Origin: Octopus vulgaris | Lineage: Eukaryota | Assembly: GCA_951406725.2 (NCBI GenBank) | Contig: OX597819.1 | Location: 64,790,001-64,854,000, forward strand | Length of the DNA: 64,000 bases | Direction of reading: 5' to 3' | Part shown: piece after piece, positions 1 to 16,726 of the stretch | How positions within the stretch are numbered: position 1 is the stretch's first letter | Layout of the letters: every line of letters begins with the position of its first letter | Position numbers and translations under genes: made by a program | Notes under the pieces: model-generated | What the model was told of the DNA's origin: nothing | The model's database searches: none | Seen by the model: the letters and a program-made list of their open reading frames with translations, nothing else

Positions 1-190
1 GGTAGACCTGGTTTAGGACGAATGTTGCTGTAGTTTAGCCCCAGAAGACATCGTCTCTAGTTGGCTATACGACAGGATATAGATTCCCATGTTCGAAAAT
101 ATAAGGACACAGATCCCGTCGTATAGCCAACTGCAGACGATGTCTCCTGGCGCTAAATTACAACAACATTCGTCCTAAACCAAGACTGCC
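1..190. repeat. Inverted repeat / foldback (78-bp arms, 34-bp loop), MITE-like
   Basis: 1-78 (ggtagacctggtttaggacgaatgttg...gacaggat) is the near reverse complement of 113-190 (atcccgtcgtatagccaac...cgtcctaaaccaagactgcc). Confidence 0.85.
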
Positions 191-282
191 ATGTTATGTT
201 GGAAAAAACTATTTACCCCAAAGTACTGTTGTTGAATATGTCTCGTTGTGAGATTCAAAACTAGTAATTTTCTAGTAATCCA

Positions 283-430
283 TTTGTCTTTATGTTCTGA
301 GTCCAAATTCCGTCGAGGCCGACTTTGTCTTTCATCCTTTCGAGGTCGATAAACTATGTACTAGTAGCGTACTAATCGACAGGCCCATCCCCCCAAAATT
401 TCGGGCCTTGTGCCTAGAGTAGAAAAGAAA
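283..430 (+). mobile_element. SINE family A, 5'-truncated
   Basis: gttctgagtccaaattcc...gactttgtctttcatcctttcgaggtcgataaa matches the other family A copies in the window. Confidence 0.75.
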
Positions 431-462
431 GTGAGAAAAGCAAGAAATAGAAATTTCTGTAA

Positions 463-672
463 GAGGTGAGATGGCAGAAATGTTAGCACGCCAGGCGAAC
501 TTAGTGGTATTTCGTCTGTCTTTATGTTCTGAGTTCAAACTCCGGCGAGGTCTACCTTGCCTTTTATATCATTTAGGGGTCGATAAATTAAGTACTAATT
601 GCGTACTGGAGTCGAACTAACTGACTGGCCCCTTCCTCCAAAATTGTTGGTGTTGTACCTAGAGTAGGAAAC
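463..672 (+). mobile_element. tRNA-derived SINE family A (resembles octopus OK/OR1, Meta-domain type)
   Basis: Box A-like tggcagaaatgttagc, box B-like gagttcaaactcc and central ggggtcgataaattaagtac. Many copies in the window. Confidence 0.8.
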
Positions 673-865
673 AATAATTAGATTTTTTTTTTAAAGAAAT
701 ATTTTTTGAAAGCTTAAGCTTTCCTAAGGAGAAAGTGACTTACTTTTACATCGTGTTTATACAAAAGTAATACACTCTAATATAAATGGTTCCTTAATGA
801 CTGAATTTCAAAATTTTGTTCCCATTTATTTTTATCTGTTACACATGTCAGTAATTACACTACAC

Positions 866-1090
<225 letters not shown>

Positions 1091-1852
1091 GTGTATATTG
1101 GCAGGGCTTACTGCTAGGGAGTCGGCCGTATGCTAGAAATAGACCATCAACGGTCAAACTACAAGGAAATTCTCTAGGGGGAAAATTACTGCGAACACCA
1201 GAACCAACAGTCAGAGAAAATTCTAATATATGACTCCTCAGATTTTTGTATGCTGGACTACTGGTTTTAAATTGATATTAAAATTAATATTAATTTATCT
1301 CCCTCATTATTTAAATATTGAAATAAATACGTTCTCTAGTACTAAGTACGAACAGCAGTGAATTATTTACTGCAGCCCTTCGCCTCAGAAATTTATTAGC
1401 GCGCCAGAATCAAGACATTTGAGATTTTATCACTAGTGTAATCGGTAAAGCTACACACGTGTCTGTACTGGCACGAAAGCTGGGGTTAGCTTTTCCGCTT
1501 ACATTACTATGAACGGATGCACTGAATAAGCACGGACACTTGGATTGCATTAGTAATTCTCTTGTTAAGGCTGAAACCGAGGTATGCATTTAATTCTGTT
1601 TTTTATATAAATTTTCATCTGTCATGCCCGCCAAAGTTGGTTCTGGTGTTCGCAGTAATTTTCCCCCTAGAGAATTTCCTTGTAGTTTGACCGTTGATGC
1701 TCTATTTCTAGCATACGGCCGACTCCCTAGCAGTAAGCCCTGCCAATATACACATATATTAGAATTTTCTCTGACTCCTCAGATTTTTGTATGCTGGACT
1801 ACTGGTTTTAAATTGATATTAAAATTAATATTAATTTATCTCCCTCATTATT

Positions 1853-1859
<7 letters not shown>
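1091..1859 (+). mobile_element. Non-autonomous Penelope-like/retrozyme element in (TA)n: 541-bp unit with terminal redundancy and 5' inversions
   Basis: Direct repeat 1231-1318 = 1772-1859. 1091-1208 = rc of 1636-1753 and 1209-1232 = rc of 1753-1776. HHR motif at 1517-1589. (TA)n on both sides. Confidence 0.7.
1517..1589 (+). ncRNA. Type I hammerhead ribozyme motif, core G8>U variant (probably inactive)
   Basis: atgca-CTGAATA-agc...gct-GAAAC-cgag-GTA-tgcat. Stem I atgca/tgcat, stem II agc/gct, stem III acc/ggt. Confidence 0.65.
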
Positions 1860-1947
<88 letters not shown>

Positions 1948-1978
1948 GTATATATATGTATGTGTATATATATATGTG

Positions 1979-2058
<80 letters not shown>

Positions 2059-2067
2059 TATATATAT
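1856..2067. repeat. (TA)n microsatellite
   Basis: Direct reading. Confidence 0.98.
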
Positions 2068-2195
2068 TAAAAACGAAATATTCAGACCAGTGAATACCCA
2101 TGAATTTATTCAGAACAATTCCAATCACTACTATTAGAACCACATCAGGTTGCTTGATCATTTAAGAGGATTCCACCAACCTCCTACAACTGCCT

Positions 2196-2216
2196 TTCTC
2201 TTCTTTTCCTACTACC

Positions 2217-2247
<31 letters not shown>

Positions 2248-2310
2248 CTTCTTCTTCTTCTTCTTCTTCTTCTTCTTCTTCTACTTCTTCTTTTTCTTCG
2301 TCGTCGTCGC
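2196..2310. repeat. (CTT)n microsatellite
   Basis: Direct reading. Confidence 0.95.
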
Positions 2311-2956
2311 ATACTTTCTCAGGTACTACTGCTGCTTAAACTATCAAAGCCAAGAACTCATATAAATATTACTGCTACTAAGACCTCACGTGAGTGAAAA
2401 ATTGAGAAAGAGATGGACAGAAAAAAAAGGAAAATGTCCCTTGCATTTGAAAGCTATGGAAATATTTGAAAAAATGCATTTCTTAAATTTTCCACAATTT
2501 AATTGTTTTTCATGCTTTACTCTGAGTTTTAAAAGTCGCAATGACTGAAACCGGTGCTAAAATGTTCTTCATAAATTTATTTTAGAATTTTCTACCTTGT
2601 CGCTGGGCGGCTATGTGTCGCTGTGCATGGTCAATAACAAAACCTTCTTTGTCAATAGCCTTCGACGTTTGGTGCGAGTTGCTGCCTTCAGTTTTTTTTT
2701 TTTGGGGGGGGGGGGCAGCAAAGCACAATGTATCGTGCACTGTTGATCATGCTCACCTTTTCTAGAGAAATCAACAAATCACTGCTCTTTGTTCACTGTA
2801 AAGCCAGAAAGAGAAATGGCGCCATCTAGCACAAACATTGATTACGTAACCACAAGAGTACCAACTATAATTACGAATACGCAGAAATCAGTGTGACAAT
2901 AATAAAGATATTTTATGGCGAAAGTGCGGATAATTTTTGACTTCACCTCTGTGTGT

Positions 2957-3021
<65 letters not shown>

Positions 3022-3639
3022 TGTGTGTGTGTTCAACGGTTTCATTTTCCGTCATCCAAATCTACTCCCCAAACGTAGTCAGTCCAAGCCACGCATAGAA
3101 GCTGAACATAGAACGATATGTAGAATGAAACTACACGTTTGCCTGTAACAAAAACTTTTCAAAAGTTTTGAGTGGCTGACGTGTTTATTTATGCAATGTT
3201 ACGAAATTTGTACGGAAATAAAGAAAAAGTATGTTAACAAAATTTATTATATGAATGAAAAATGAAGTGTTTATATGCTGTAAGATATGTTATAGTAAGT
3301 GATATTCTTTGATATGATTGGGGTGGGGGGATACTAGGATCAATAATGACAAACTTTTGTCGGCAATTCTAATTTGAAAATGAACTTCGAGTGATGTTGA
3401 TAGTCGTGTAGTTTGTGATGAATTTGAAATTAATCCAATGTGTGATATAAGAGAACCATTCTACTTGCATTTATATTTTTATCTTTTTGTCCTGAGGGAA
3501 TATTTAAACTGTCTACTGAAATTCGGAAGGATGAGTTTTCAGAGGACCGTTGCAACTTCAGAAGTGTTAAATGTTTTCAGAAGGAAAAACAACACTTGTA
3601 GAAACGTGTTAACTATCCAGCCAAAATTACGATATACTG

Positions 3640-4007
3640 TCTCGTTTACTTGTTTCAGTCATCTGACGGCGGCCGTGCTAGTGCACCGCATTTAGTCGAG
3701 GGAATCGACCTCAGGACTTATTCTTTGTAAGCCTTGTATTTATTCTATCGGTCTGTTTTGCCGAACTGCTAAGATACGAGGACATAAAACACCAGTACCG
3801 GTTGTCAAGCGATTGGGGGGGGGGCACAAACACGGACACATACATGTATACATATACATATATACGACGGGCTTTTTCATTTTCCGTCTAACAAATCCAT
3901 TCACAAGACTTTGGCCGGCTCGAGGCCAATTTGCCAGCAGTGGACTGAATCCGGAACCATGTGGTTGGTAAGCAAGCTACTTACCACACAGCCACTCCTG
4001 CACCTAT
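3640..4007 (-). mobile_element. tRNA-derived SINE family B (resembles octopus OR2, CORE-type)
   Basis: The rc head is aggtgcaggagtggctgtgtggtaagtagcttgcttaccaaccacatggttccgg. It has an internal microsatellite and the tail shared with other copies. Confidence 0.85.
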
Positions 4008-5715
4008 AGTGAAAAAATTTGTAAAACATGAGTTTGACTGTAGATTTCGAAACGACCTGGTAAGTACAGACGACTTAAAAACGTAAGATGTGTTTTTTGT
4101 TCTTTTACCTTCGCCACTTCAACTGTTTACAAACAGGTATAGGTAATAAGAAAATATTTGTATTGAGTAGCGTGACACATTGTGCTTTCAGAACAGCGTT
4201 GATTTACTTGGAATATTTCATCGTCGAATAATTTACATTATGGATTTAGTAGCCTCTCGGGTCAACATTGGTTGTTAAATTTCAAATTGTACATTAGTAA
4301 CTGAGTCGATATAATTTAATTTACTCTTAATCATATATAAAATGCGTGGGCTTTTATTTCACTATGAAATTACTCTTATTTTTATTATTGACTTCTCGTT
4401 AGTGATGCTGTTGCTTTTATGGTTATTATCATTTTGTTGATTATTAAATCGCCTCAGTTTTCTCTCGGAGTTTCATGAACAATTTTCTCGTGTGGGCACT
4501 TAAAATACTATACATTTATGTATGGAGCTGCATGTTGCTTTAATTATTGTATATTGTAATATATACAATATATATATTCCGCGGAGCCATTTCTGTCAAT
4601 CATTTTATATCGCCCTGTCATATATATTTATATAACGACTTTCACTAAATATTGTTTGTCATACTCCATACGGAATTTTATGCTCCTTGTTTGCCATTGC
4701 AATTTAATTTAATTCTTTATGTCCTTAGTAACATGTCGATGCTTTCCGTTCTAGATTTTTCTTGAATTTTTCAGTTCCTCATGGCAAAGTTCTCCCGAAA
4801 TGGTTTTACTATCATGCATCTTCCAAAGAAGGTCTTTGCCCTGGATTATCACTCTCATAATTATTGTCTCGTAGGCCTCAACTGCGTACAGTTTGCTTTG
4901 AGCTTGTGTGATTGTGTCATTAGTAACTGCAAATCTAATTTCATTCATTGTAAATATTTACTGCATCTCGTCGCTCCTTTGCTTCTTCACACCATACTAG
5001 TTCTGAACATACGAAAGACAGCGTCATAATTATTATTTTTGTGTAGAGACGGAATATCACCCGTCCTTTCTCTCAGCCCGTTATATAGTTATTTTGAAAC
5101 AAAACAGGCAAAGCTACCGTTCTTATTATAACAAACAACATGGTGTACAGTTTACTTTCTCTCCCTTTAGGTGTTTGGGTAAATAAATACTACATTCTGA
5201 TTTATATAATTCTCCCAGCTGATTCTCTGGTATCTGACAGTGTTTTGAATCTCAAAATACTCAGCTTCTGTAATACTAACCATATATGCACTGTCTAACA
5301 TATTTCCGGTGCATTCATTTGCTCTGTCGTCATTTTGTTTGGTCGTGGTCGATTTCGCAATCGTTCATGATATTAGTTTAGCAAATATTTCTGTTTTCAG
5401 CTTTCCTTATATTATCTTTATGTCATACATTTCCGTTGAAAATGTTAATTCTGAGGTAATGTTTATTAGGTTCGCACGAATGTTAATGGATGCATCTGTT
5501 CATACATGAAATGTCATCAAGTTGAGGAAGCGAATACAATAAAGTATATAAAAATAAATATTTTTTTTTTATTACGAGTTTCGAAGCCATACTTTTAAAG
5601 GTATCTAAAATTCTTATTGGCAAGAACAACGAAAATATAAAGAATTAAATTGGTAATGCTTGAAATTTGGTTTTGGGCTTACTAAAAGAGATCAAAAACG
5701 TCACAGCACACTCGA

Positions 5716-6563
<848 letters not shown>

Positions 6564-6588
6564 AATAATAATAATAATAATGATGATG

Positions 6589-6653
<65 letters not shown>

Positions 6654-6654
<1 letters not shown>

Positions 6655-7596
6655 TGGTTTAAATTTGCATGGCGAGGACAATAATGAGCTTGAAGTCTTA
6701 TTACCTACTGTGAACTCATTCAGAAATGACATCGGCGTGAAATTTGGTCTTGAAAAATGCGCCAAGTTCACTTTCCAGAAAGGGAAATTGAAGACATCAC
6801 ATTCAGTGGTGTTAGACGTGGACACAGAATTTGACCAGAAACAAGTTTAAAAATACCTCGGAATAAATGAGGGCACTGGCATCCAACATGCCAACATGAA
6901 CGGGACGATCAGAAAGAAATGTTACAGGAAAGTTTGAGCAGTCCTGAAATCTGAGTTAAATGTACGTAGCAAGGTGTTAGCCATAAATTCCTTAGCAAGA
7001 AACTTCGTTACTTATAGTTTCAATGTGTTCAACAGGAATATCAGCGAAATAAATAAAATTGATAGGATAATTCGTAAGCCGAAATGCTGATGTAGATCAA
7101 GCAACAGCCCGTCAGTGGCTGAAAATTTGAGGACTGAAAGCAGAGACTGAAGGTTTTATATTTTGCGGCACATGATCAGAGCTTGCTCACAAAAAGACAA
7201 AAATAATAATAATAAATAAATAAAAGTATAACGTTCCTCAAAACGGTTTTGACTCTAAATGCACATTCTGCGACACATATGACGACACGATAAACTATTT
7301 TGTCTCAAGATGTTCTGTGCTGACATCAAAAGAATACAAAAGTCGTCACGATAGATTAGGACACTATCTACACAGGAAAATATGTAAACACTACGAAATC
7401 TGCACTCATGCTTATTGCTATGAGCATCATCCTCAATCAGTCGTTGAAGGTGAAGAACGTCACTATCGTCTGGGATTTTCCACTCAACACTGACAGAACG
7501 ATCCAGGTCAATCGGCGAGACATAATTATTAAAGACACGGAAGAAAAGACTTATAGACTAATAGATGTAGGTGTTCCCACTGGTAAAAATATATCT
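6654..7596 (+). mobile_element. Decayed R4/Dong-clade LINE (RT C-terminus, Zn-knuckle, RLE endonuclease), first part
   Basis: Fragments DIGVKFGLEKCAK, KYLGI, RHD, IVWDFPLNTDRTIQVNRRDIII and DVGVP, homologous to 11071-13748. Many stops and frameshifts. Confidence 0.85.
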
Positions 7597-7795
7597 CTTT
7601 TACTTGTTTCAATCATTTTGAATGCGGCCATATTGGAGCACCGCCTTTTGTTGAGCAAATCGACCCCAGGACTTATTCTTTGTAAGCCTAGTACATATTC
7701 TATCGGTACCTATTACTGAACCGCTAAGTTACGACAGGGACGTAAACACACCAGCACCAGTTGTCAAGTGATGTTGGACACACACACACACGCAT

Positions 7796-7820
<25 letters not shown>
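7597..7820 (-). mobile_element. SINE family B, 3' part (split by a Helitron derivative)
   Basis: acttgtttcaatcattttgaatgcggcc...ggacttattctttgtaagcc tail, as in 3640-3850. Confidence 0.8.
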
Positions 7821-7840
<20 letters not shown>

Positions 7841-7852
<12 letters not shown>

Positions 7853-8950
7853 AAACTGAGAATGTGTGTGTGTCTGTCTCTTTGTCTGTCTTGAGAAATA
7901 CACAACCAATTTCATTCAAATTTTATACATGCCTTACTTAGGGTCCGGGGAGTGTCATCGGTAAAAAATTTTAACTTTTTGCCTAGGGCGAGCCCACAGC
8001 AATAACATATCTTCTCCACTACGATTCCCTAAAACTTGAGAACTACACAACCAATTTCATTCAAATTTTACACATGTCTTTACACGAGCCCATAGCAATA
8101 TCATATCTTCTCCACTATTTCAGTATTACGTGTTAAAAGTGAAACAAAAACGTTTCTCTATTTTATGTCAGATACTTTCACTTTAACAATAAAAATATTA
8201 ATAACAATTGAATTATATGTAGTAAGTAATAATTAAAATCAAACTAAAGTAACATGACAAAAGTAAAAATAGCAATTGGTATAAAATTGCATCAATGATT
8301 TGAACTTGAATAAGTGGTTTCACATGAATGGGAATAAATTCAAACTAAAATTAGTGTGCAGAAATGAAATAGTCCAGATGGATAATAAAGAATTAAATTA
8401 AAGACAAGACTATTGTCTATAAAGTATACAATGTAGAGAAAAAAGACTTGAACACATGGAGGAAAGCACCTTCGAAAAGTGTATTGGTGCGACTATGAAA
8501 GCTATCTAATCAGAGGCGGTAAATTCGCCACAATAGAAGCAAAGTTCGAGTCAACGGAGTCAGCGTGCAAGGGAGTACTCGACTCGAACTTGCAAAGTGG
8601 AAATATTTTATTTTTACCTTTATATCTGGGACGTAGGACGTCCCGGAAAACAATTTTAAATGCCCCCCTCCCAAATAAAAAGTAGAGGTAGGCTGGATTG
8701 TAGCCACACTTCTATACAAGAGGGAGGACAAGATATAATTGATCGAAATTACAAGAGACGAGTTAACAATTCCAGTCTATTATGTATTTTGTGTATTGTT
8801 ATCACTAGCGATATCAAGATATAACTTTGTATTTTGTATTTTATGAGCAGATGTATATATATAGATGTACATGTAATATGTACACATATATATACACATA
8901 TATACATGCACTAGCACTATGACCCGGCAACGGTGGGTCTTTAATGCTAG
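7841..8950 (+). mobile_element. Non-autonomous Helitron-like element
   Basis: 5' (t)ttatatatataaaa plus gtct microsatellite. 3' hairpin gacccggcaacggtgggtc then tgCTAG|t. Same termini as 35117-35505 and 56671-57630. Confidence 0.7.
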
Positions 8951-8966
8951 TATATATATATATATA

Positions 8967-9123
8967 CGACGGGCTTCTTTCAATTTCCGTTTACCAAATC
9001 CACTCACAAGGCTTTGGTCTGCCCGAGGCTATAGTAGAAGACACCAGAACAAGCTGCCACGCAATGGGACTGAACCCGGAACCAGGTGGTTGGTAAGCAA
9101 GCTATTTACCACACAGCCACACT
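8967..9123 (-). mobile_element. SINE family B, 5' part
   Basis: cgacgggcttctttc...ctgaacccggaacc...accacacagccac is the rc of the family B head. Confidence 0.85.
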
Positions 9124-9125
9124 TG

Positions 9126-9515
9126 TGACCATCCGCGAACGAATTTGACAAATTAAGTAAATATAAGGACCTAGAAATGGGAATACAAAATATGTGGCTT
9201 CTTAAAAGGAGACTGTTCCTGTAATTGTAGGTGCCCCATGTATGATAAACAAAGGGATGTCACAAACATTTAGATAAGGTCCTGCAAGAACCATGTCACA
9301 CAGAAATCAAAAACATTGTGCTGACAAGTACTGCCAACATCTTTAGAAAAACCCTAAATATTTGTGTTGTATTATATGAATATATTTCGCTACTTCCCCT
9401 CTCCAAGCTTTCAATCATGCTGTAACATCCGTTATCCTTCATTCAACCCAGGGCACTGGGTGTGTCTCGGTATGTGACTGTAACAAACGAAAACATTTAA
9501 ACTAAAAACTAACAG
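9126..9515 (+). mobile_element. Continuation and 3' UTR of the R4/Dong LINE begun at 6654
   Basis: EFDKLSKYKDLEMGIQNMW, TVPVIVGA and IVLTSTANIFRK match the RLE C-terminus at 13410-13649. Followed by (AAT)n. Confidence 0.8.
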
Positions 9516-9571
9516 TAAGAGTAATGATAATAGTAATAATAATGATAAGAGTAATAATAATAATAATAGCG

Positions 9572-9624
<53 letters not shown>

Positions 9625-10131
9625 CTAACTGATCTTAATTGATTAGAAGTGTTAACATGTACATTGTTTTCTCTTGGTATAAAAGATGGGCTACAGCAAA
9701 TATTCTGCTCAATTTGCTTGTCAATTGTTTAACCTTAATCAGTTGAGCATGTCCCTTAGTGGCTAACGATATCTGCATATCTGATCCCGAGCAGAAGTAG
9801 TGGGGGAGTATCATAGACATGTGTTAAGAGGGAGTATTTGGGGTTTGAATAATTCACCTCTGGAAACATGGATGTTTCGTTCAAAATCCTTAAACAACCC
9901 TTATTCAGAGATCATTTGAGCGGGATGTGTTACTCAACCAGAAGAAAATACTAACTGGGCCCCACCTGCAAGGTCGTGCGCTGTTTATCTTCATATAAGA
10001 TCACCATGTCGCGCACGTATGGTTGTGACGCTTGGTGTACCCTTATCAGACGGGTAGTCATGATGGGTGTACTGGGATTCGTATATTTTACCCCAGTGTC
10101 ACTTTGATGGCATGCCCTGCTCTCTCACTCA
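9625..10131. repeat. Unclassified ~540-bp repeat, copy 2 (more diverged)
   Basis: Colinear with 6055-6563. Confidence 0.88.
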
Positions 10132-10154
10132 ATAAAAATGTTAATAATGAAATG

Positions 10155-10365
10155 TTCAAAGTTTGGTCGAAGGCCAGCGATTACGGCAGAGGGAGGAACT
10201 CGATTACATTACACTAGTGACGACCCTGTACTTGTTTTTTTTTTGTGTGTGTGTGTCAGAAATTATATAAGGTAAAGTTGACCACGGCGTATTTGAACTC
10301 AAAACGTGAAGATGCTCGAAATGCCGGCGAGCATTTACCCGTCTTAATAATGCTTTGCCGCCTTA
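10155..10365 (-). mobile_element. SINE family A, degraded
   Basis: aaggtaaagttgaccacggcgtatttgaactcaaaacgt is the rc of the family A box B region. Confidence 0.55.
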
Positions 10366-10457
10366 GTAAGAACTGCAACGACAATAATGAAAATAACAAC
10401 AACTTCAACAAAAGCAAAAAGAGTCACAACAACAACAACAGCAACAACAACAACAAC

Positions 10458-10491
<34 letters not shown>

Positions 10492-10504
10492 TTAATAATA
10501 ATAA

Positions 10505-11052
10505 TGCAGTACCAGGCAGTGGTTCTCATGGCTTCTGATCTTGACTGATTGGAAGTGTTATCATGTACATTGTTTTGTCTTGGTATAAAAGATGGGCTAC
10601 AGCAAATATTCTGCTCAATACCACAGATTTGCTTGTCAGTTGTTTGACCTTAGCCAGTTGAGCATGTCCCTTAGTGGCTGACGATATGTGCATCTCTGAT
10701 CACGAGCAGAAGTAGTGGGGGAGCATCATAGCCATGTGTTGAGAAGGATTCTTTGGGGTTTGAATAATTCACCTCTGGAAACATGGGTGTTTCGTTCAAC
10801 GTCCTTGGACAACCCTTATTCAGGGACCTTTTGAGCGGGATGGGTTACTCGATCTGAAGAAAATTCTAACTGGGCTCCACCTGCAAGGTCATGTGCTGTT
10901 TATTTTGATATGAGATCACCATGTCGCGCACATATGGTTGTGATGCATGTGCCTGGTTGTGATGCATGTGACGGGTAGTCATGGTGGGTATACTGGGCTT
11001 CGTATATTTTACCCCAGTGTCACTTTGATGGCATGCTCTGCTCGCTCACTCA
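10505..11052. repeat. Unclassified ~540-bp repeat, copy 3
   Basis: Near-identical to 6020-6563, with a small internal duplication (ggttgtgatgcatgtg x2) at 10936-10970. Confidence 0.9.
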
Positions 11053-11070
11053 ATAATAATAATAATAATA

Positions 11071-13912
<2,842 letters not shown>

Positions 13913-15259
13913 TTGCAAAGCATTATTTGTCTATAGCTGTACAGTACATTACATTCAATGTTGACAGCTCGGCAATTTATCTCTGTTACATATCACAGTC
14001 ACACATGAAACAAATGGCACCATCGTATTCTAGAATGAAACTATAATCAAAAGATTGGCATCAATCACACACCTCTTATTTAGCTGCAGCTGTTCCCGTT
14101 AATGAACGTATAATCGATTCATCAGTTTCAATACCGTGTATTGTTTAAAGAACTCAACTACTCGACGTTATACTATTCCGATATACTAATAGTCGAAAAT
14201 CTGTTTCTATGATAAGAACTATTAATTCGAAAATGTTAGCACGTGGACACCATCAGACAGTATTAGTGAATACGAATTTGTTAATTGTATTTACTGTAGT
14301 TTATAGCTGGTATATATTTTATTGATCCACGAACACTAGTATGGTATTCGAGCAATGTTTGTTGTTTTATATTTATTTTATTTTTCGCTGCTAGATACAA
14401 ACACCAGTCGAAATTAACGAAAGTTCATGAGGTGCACATGTAAATTAAAAATAACTAACTATTTTTCGGTTACGTGATGATCCAACATGAAATTACTGAA
14501 ATTGCAAAGAAGTTCCACTTATGATACGTTTACTGTATTAGAAAGTTAATTAGAAGTTTACTGTTTCACTAAATACCATCAAAATCATTCAAGACCAAAT
14601 TTTGTCTTCGGTAATAATCTTTGAAAATAATTCTCCAAAATGTATTTTTGGTTGGCGATCATTTTCAAAGACTTTAAATTTGTAGTAATTCATATGTTGG
14701 ACTGACAACAACGTATAAAACTGGTATTTTCTCATAGACAACACATGCTCGATTAGTGGCAGATGATGTCATAAGTTTTCTGTATACGATTAGCACAAAG
14801 TTTGTAACAGCAAGACTGTGCTCAGTGTCAAAACACTAAATAAGTTTTTTGAAACTACCAAGGAGTACCGCAACTGATGCGTCATTGCTTCTCGGTAAAT
14901 AGTTCATGTTGTGAATTCAACTCCATTGCTGCATTTTGATTGATTGCTTAGCAACCCCAGCTATATTGAGATGCGTGGAAATTTCGGAGGGGGTGAGAGA
15001 AAAAATGCAATGTAAAATGGAAGGAGTGAGAGAAGAAATGAAATACAAAATGGAGGGAAAGAGAAGAAACAACTCGGTTCTTGATTCTTATATTATTTTA
15101 GGATTTTTAGGTTCAGAAACATGAAGGTCAAAATGGATCACATTCTGAGATGAAATCATATCGCACAAAATAGGAAAATTAACTGCTAGATATTGGGTAA
15201 TACTATCTAAAACCCGTCAGTCCACAGATTTATTTAAACAATTACATTAATAATAGTAA

Positions 15260-15420
15260 GGTCGCATAACATGGTGTATAGTGTGTTCCACTCACAATCG
15301 AGAGACCATAGGTTCAATTAATAGACCGGGTGGTGAGTTGTGTTCTTGAGCATGACACTATATCTCACGTGGCTCTGCGATCACCTGACCTATGCTTCAC
15401 CGTACACCTGTACAAGAAAT
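15260..15420 (+). mobile_element. Degraded tRNA-derived SINE of a third family
   Basis: Box A-like catggtgtatagtg, box B-like ggttcaatt, then gttgtgttcttgagcatgacact (CORE/V-like). Confidence 0.45.
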
Positions 15421-16653
15421 GTATATTTCAAGAGTTGATGTGAAGCACAAACAATTCATCACTGTAAACAAATATTTTCATCAGGTATTCAGCAAGGAAT
15501 TGCTGAACTGTTTTTCTGGGACTACAAGAGACTACCATCACATAAATGGTATCCAAGATGTCCATCGGCCATTTCAAATGTTGGAAAATAGGGCATAATG
15601 AAGTTTTTATCATATTACATGAACGGAAGTAATGGGAAATATCACAGGTATTTATTCAATAACAAATATTTTTTTTTCCAATACAACAGCTTACTATTTG
15701 ATAACCAAGTCACGTTTTTACACAAGTTTATGATAATAATATACTAGAAATTTGATATAATAGGCATTTGTGATATAATAAAAATGCGTGTTAGTAGTTC
15801 GTATACAATCGACACCAAGAATATGGAAAAATGAAGCAACATCGATTCTATTGCAATTTAAACTATCAGAATAATATTACATAATTTACTGCCATAAATC
15901 TTTGACCCGCTGTTATAACCATTGCGACACAAAATCACATGAATTCATAAGCAAATTTGAAAGCAATTTGCATAGTAAATTTCGTTGGTGGATTGTTTGC
16001 AAACATATGTCAGGAGTCTTAGTTTTGTGTTATGCCTATACCGCCCTTGCATTGTTGTTTTATGAGAGAATTTTATATATTGGAATGCACCAAATAATTT
16101 ACAAACGGAAATTCGAAGCGCGACTAATACAAGACGAAAAGTTCACTCATGTCTCCTGGATTTTCAATTCATATATTTGCACGCATCACTTGTTTTATTT
16201 CATTCTGTGTGAAAGTAAAAACAAAACAAAACAAAATAAGAACAATGTTTTGTATCTTTTCATACGCGTCATACAGATCCAACAGTATTATGAACAAGAC
16301 ATTCTGTCTCGACAATCGGAAGTACTATCTCGCTTCTTATATTATTACATCTTCTCACATTCATTAATTAAATTTACAATAATAATTACAGTAAAAATAA
16401 TGATGATGATAGAGATGAGGATAATAATAAGCACAAAGTACCTTCGCTTTTTCATCGTTAATTTCATATCCCATAATTATAATTATTATAATAATCATCA
16501 TCATCATTACCATCATCGTTATTATTATCATTAAAATTATTATTATTATTAGTAGTAGTATCATTATTATTACTATTGTTCTTGTTGTTGTGGTTATAGT
16601 TGTTGTTCTACTTTTTTCTCTTCTTCTTCTTCTTCTTCTTCTTCTTCTTCTTC

Positions 16654-16726
<73 letters not shown>

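Noticed and set aside
463-545. tRNA-like box A/box B sequences, here and in the other SINE heads
   Set aside because: No cloverleaf. They continue into SINE bodies, so they are not tRNA genes.
2515-2600. agtc-gcaa-tgact-GAAACCGGT, an HHR-like 3' half
   Set aside because: The CUGANGA strand is unrecognisable (ctgagttttaaa) and stem I is unsupported. At most a relic.
2815-2832. ggcgccatctag, a CTCF-like or mariner subterminal motif
   Set aside because: A single short match with no TIR pair or transposase evidence.
4751-4948. ORF with RVII...LLWKMHDS, faintly like a Gypsy integrase Zn-binding region
   Set aside because: The other HHCC residues, flanking pol motifs and LTRs are all absent.
10947-11070. 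N-terminus of the 385-aa ORF as a real LINE start
   Set aside because: It is read-through from the 540-bp repeat and (AAT)n into a 5'-truncated RT.
15902-16534. 210-aa ORF
   Set aside because: Non-ATG start, low-complexity end and no recognisable domain.
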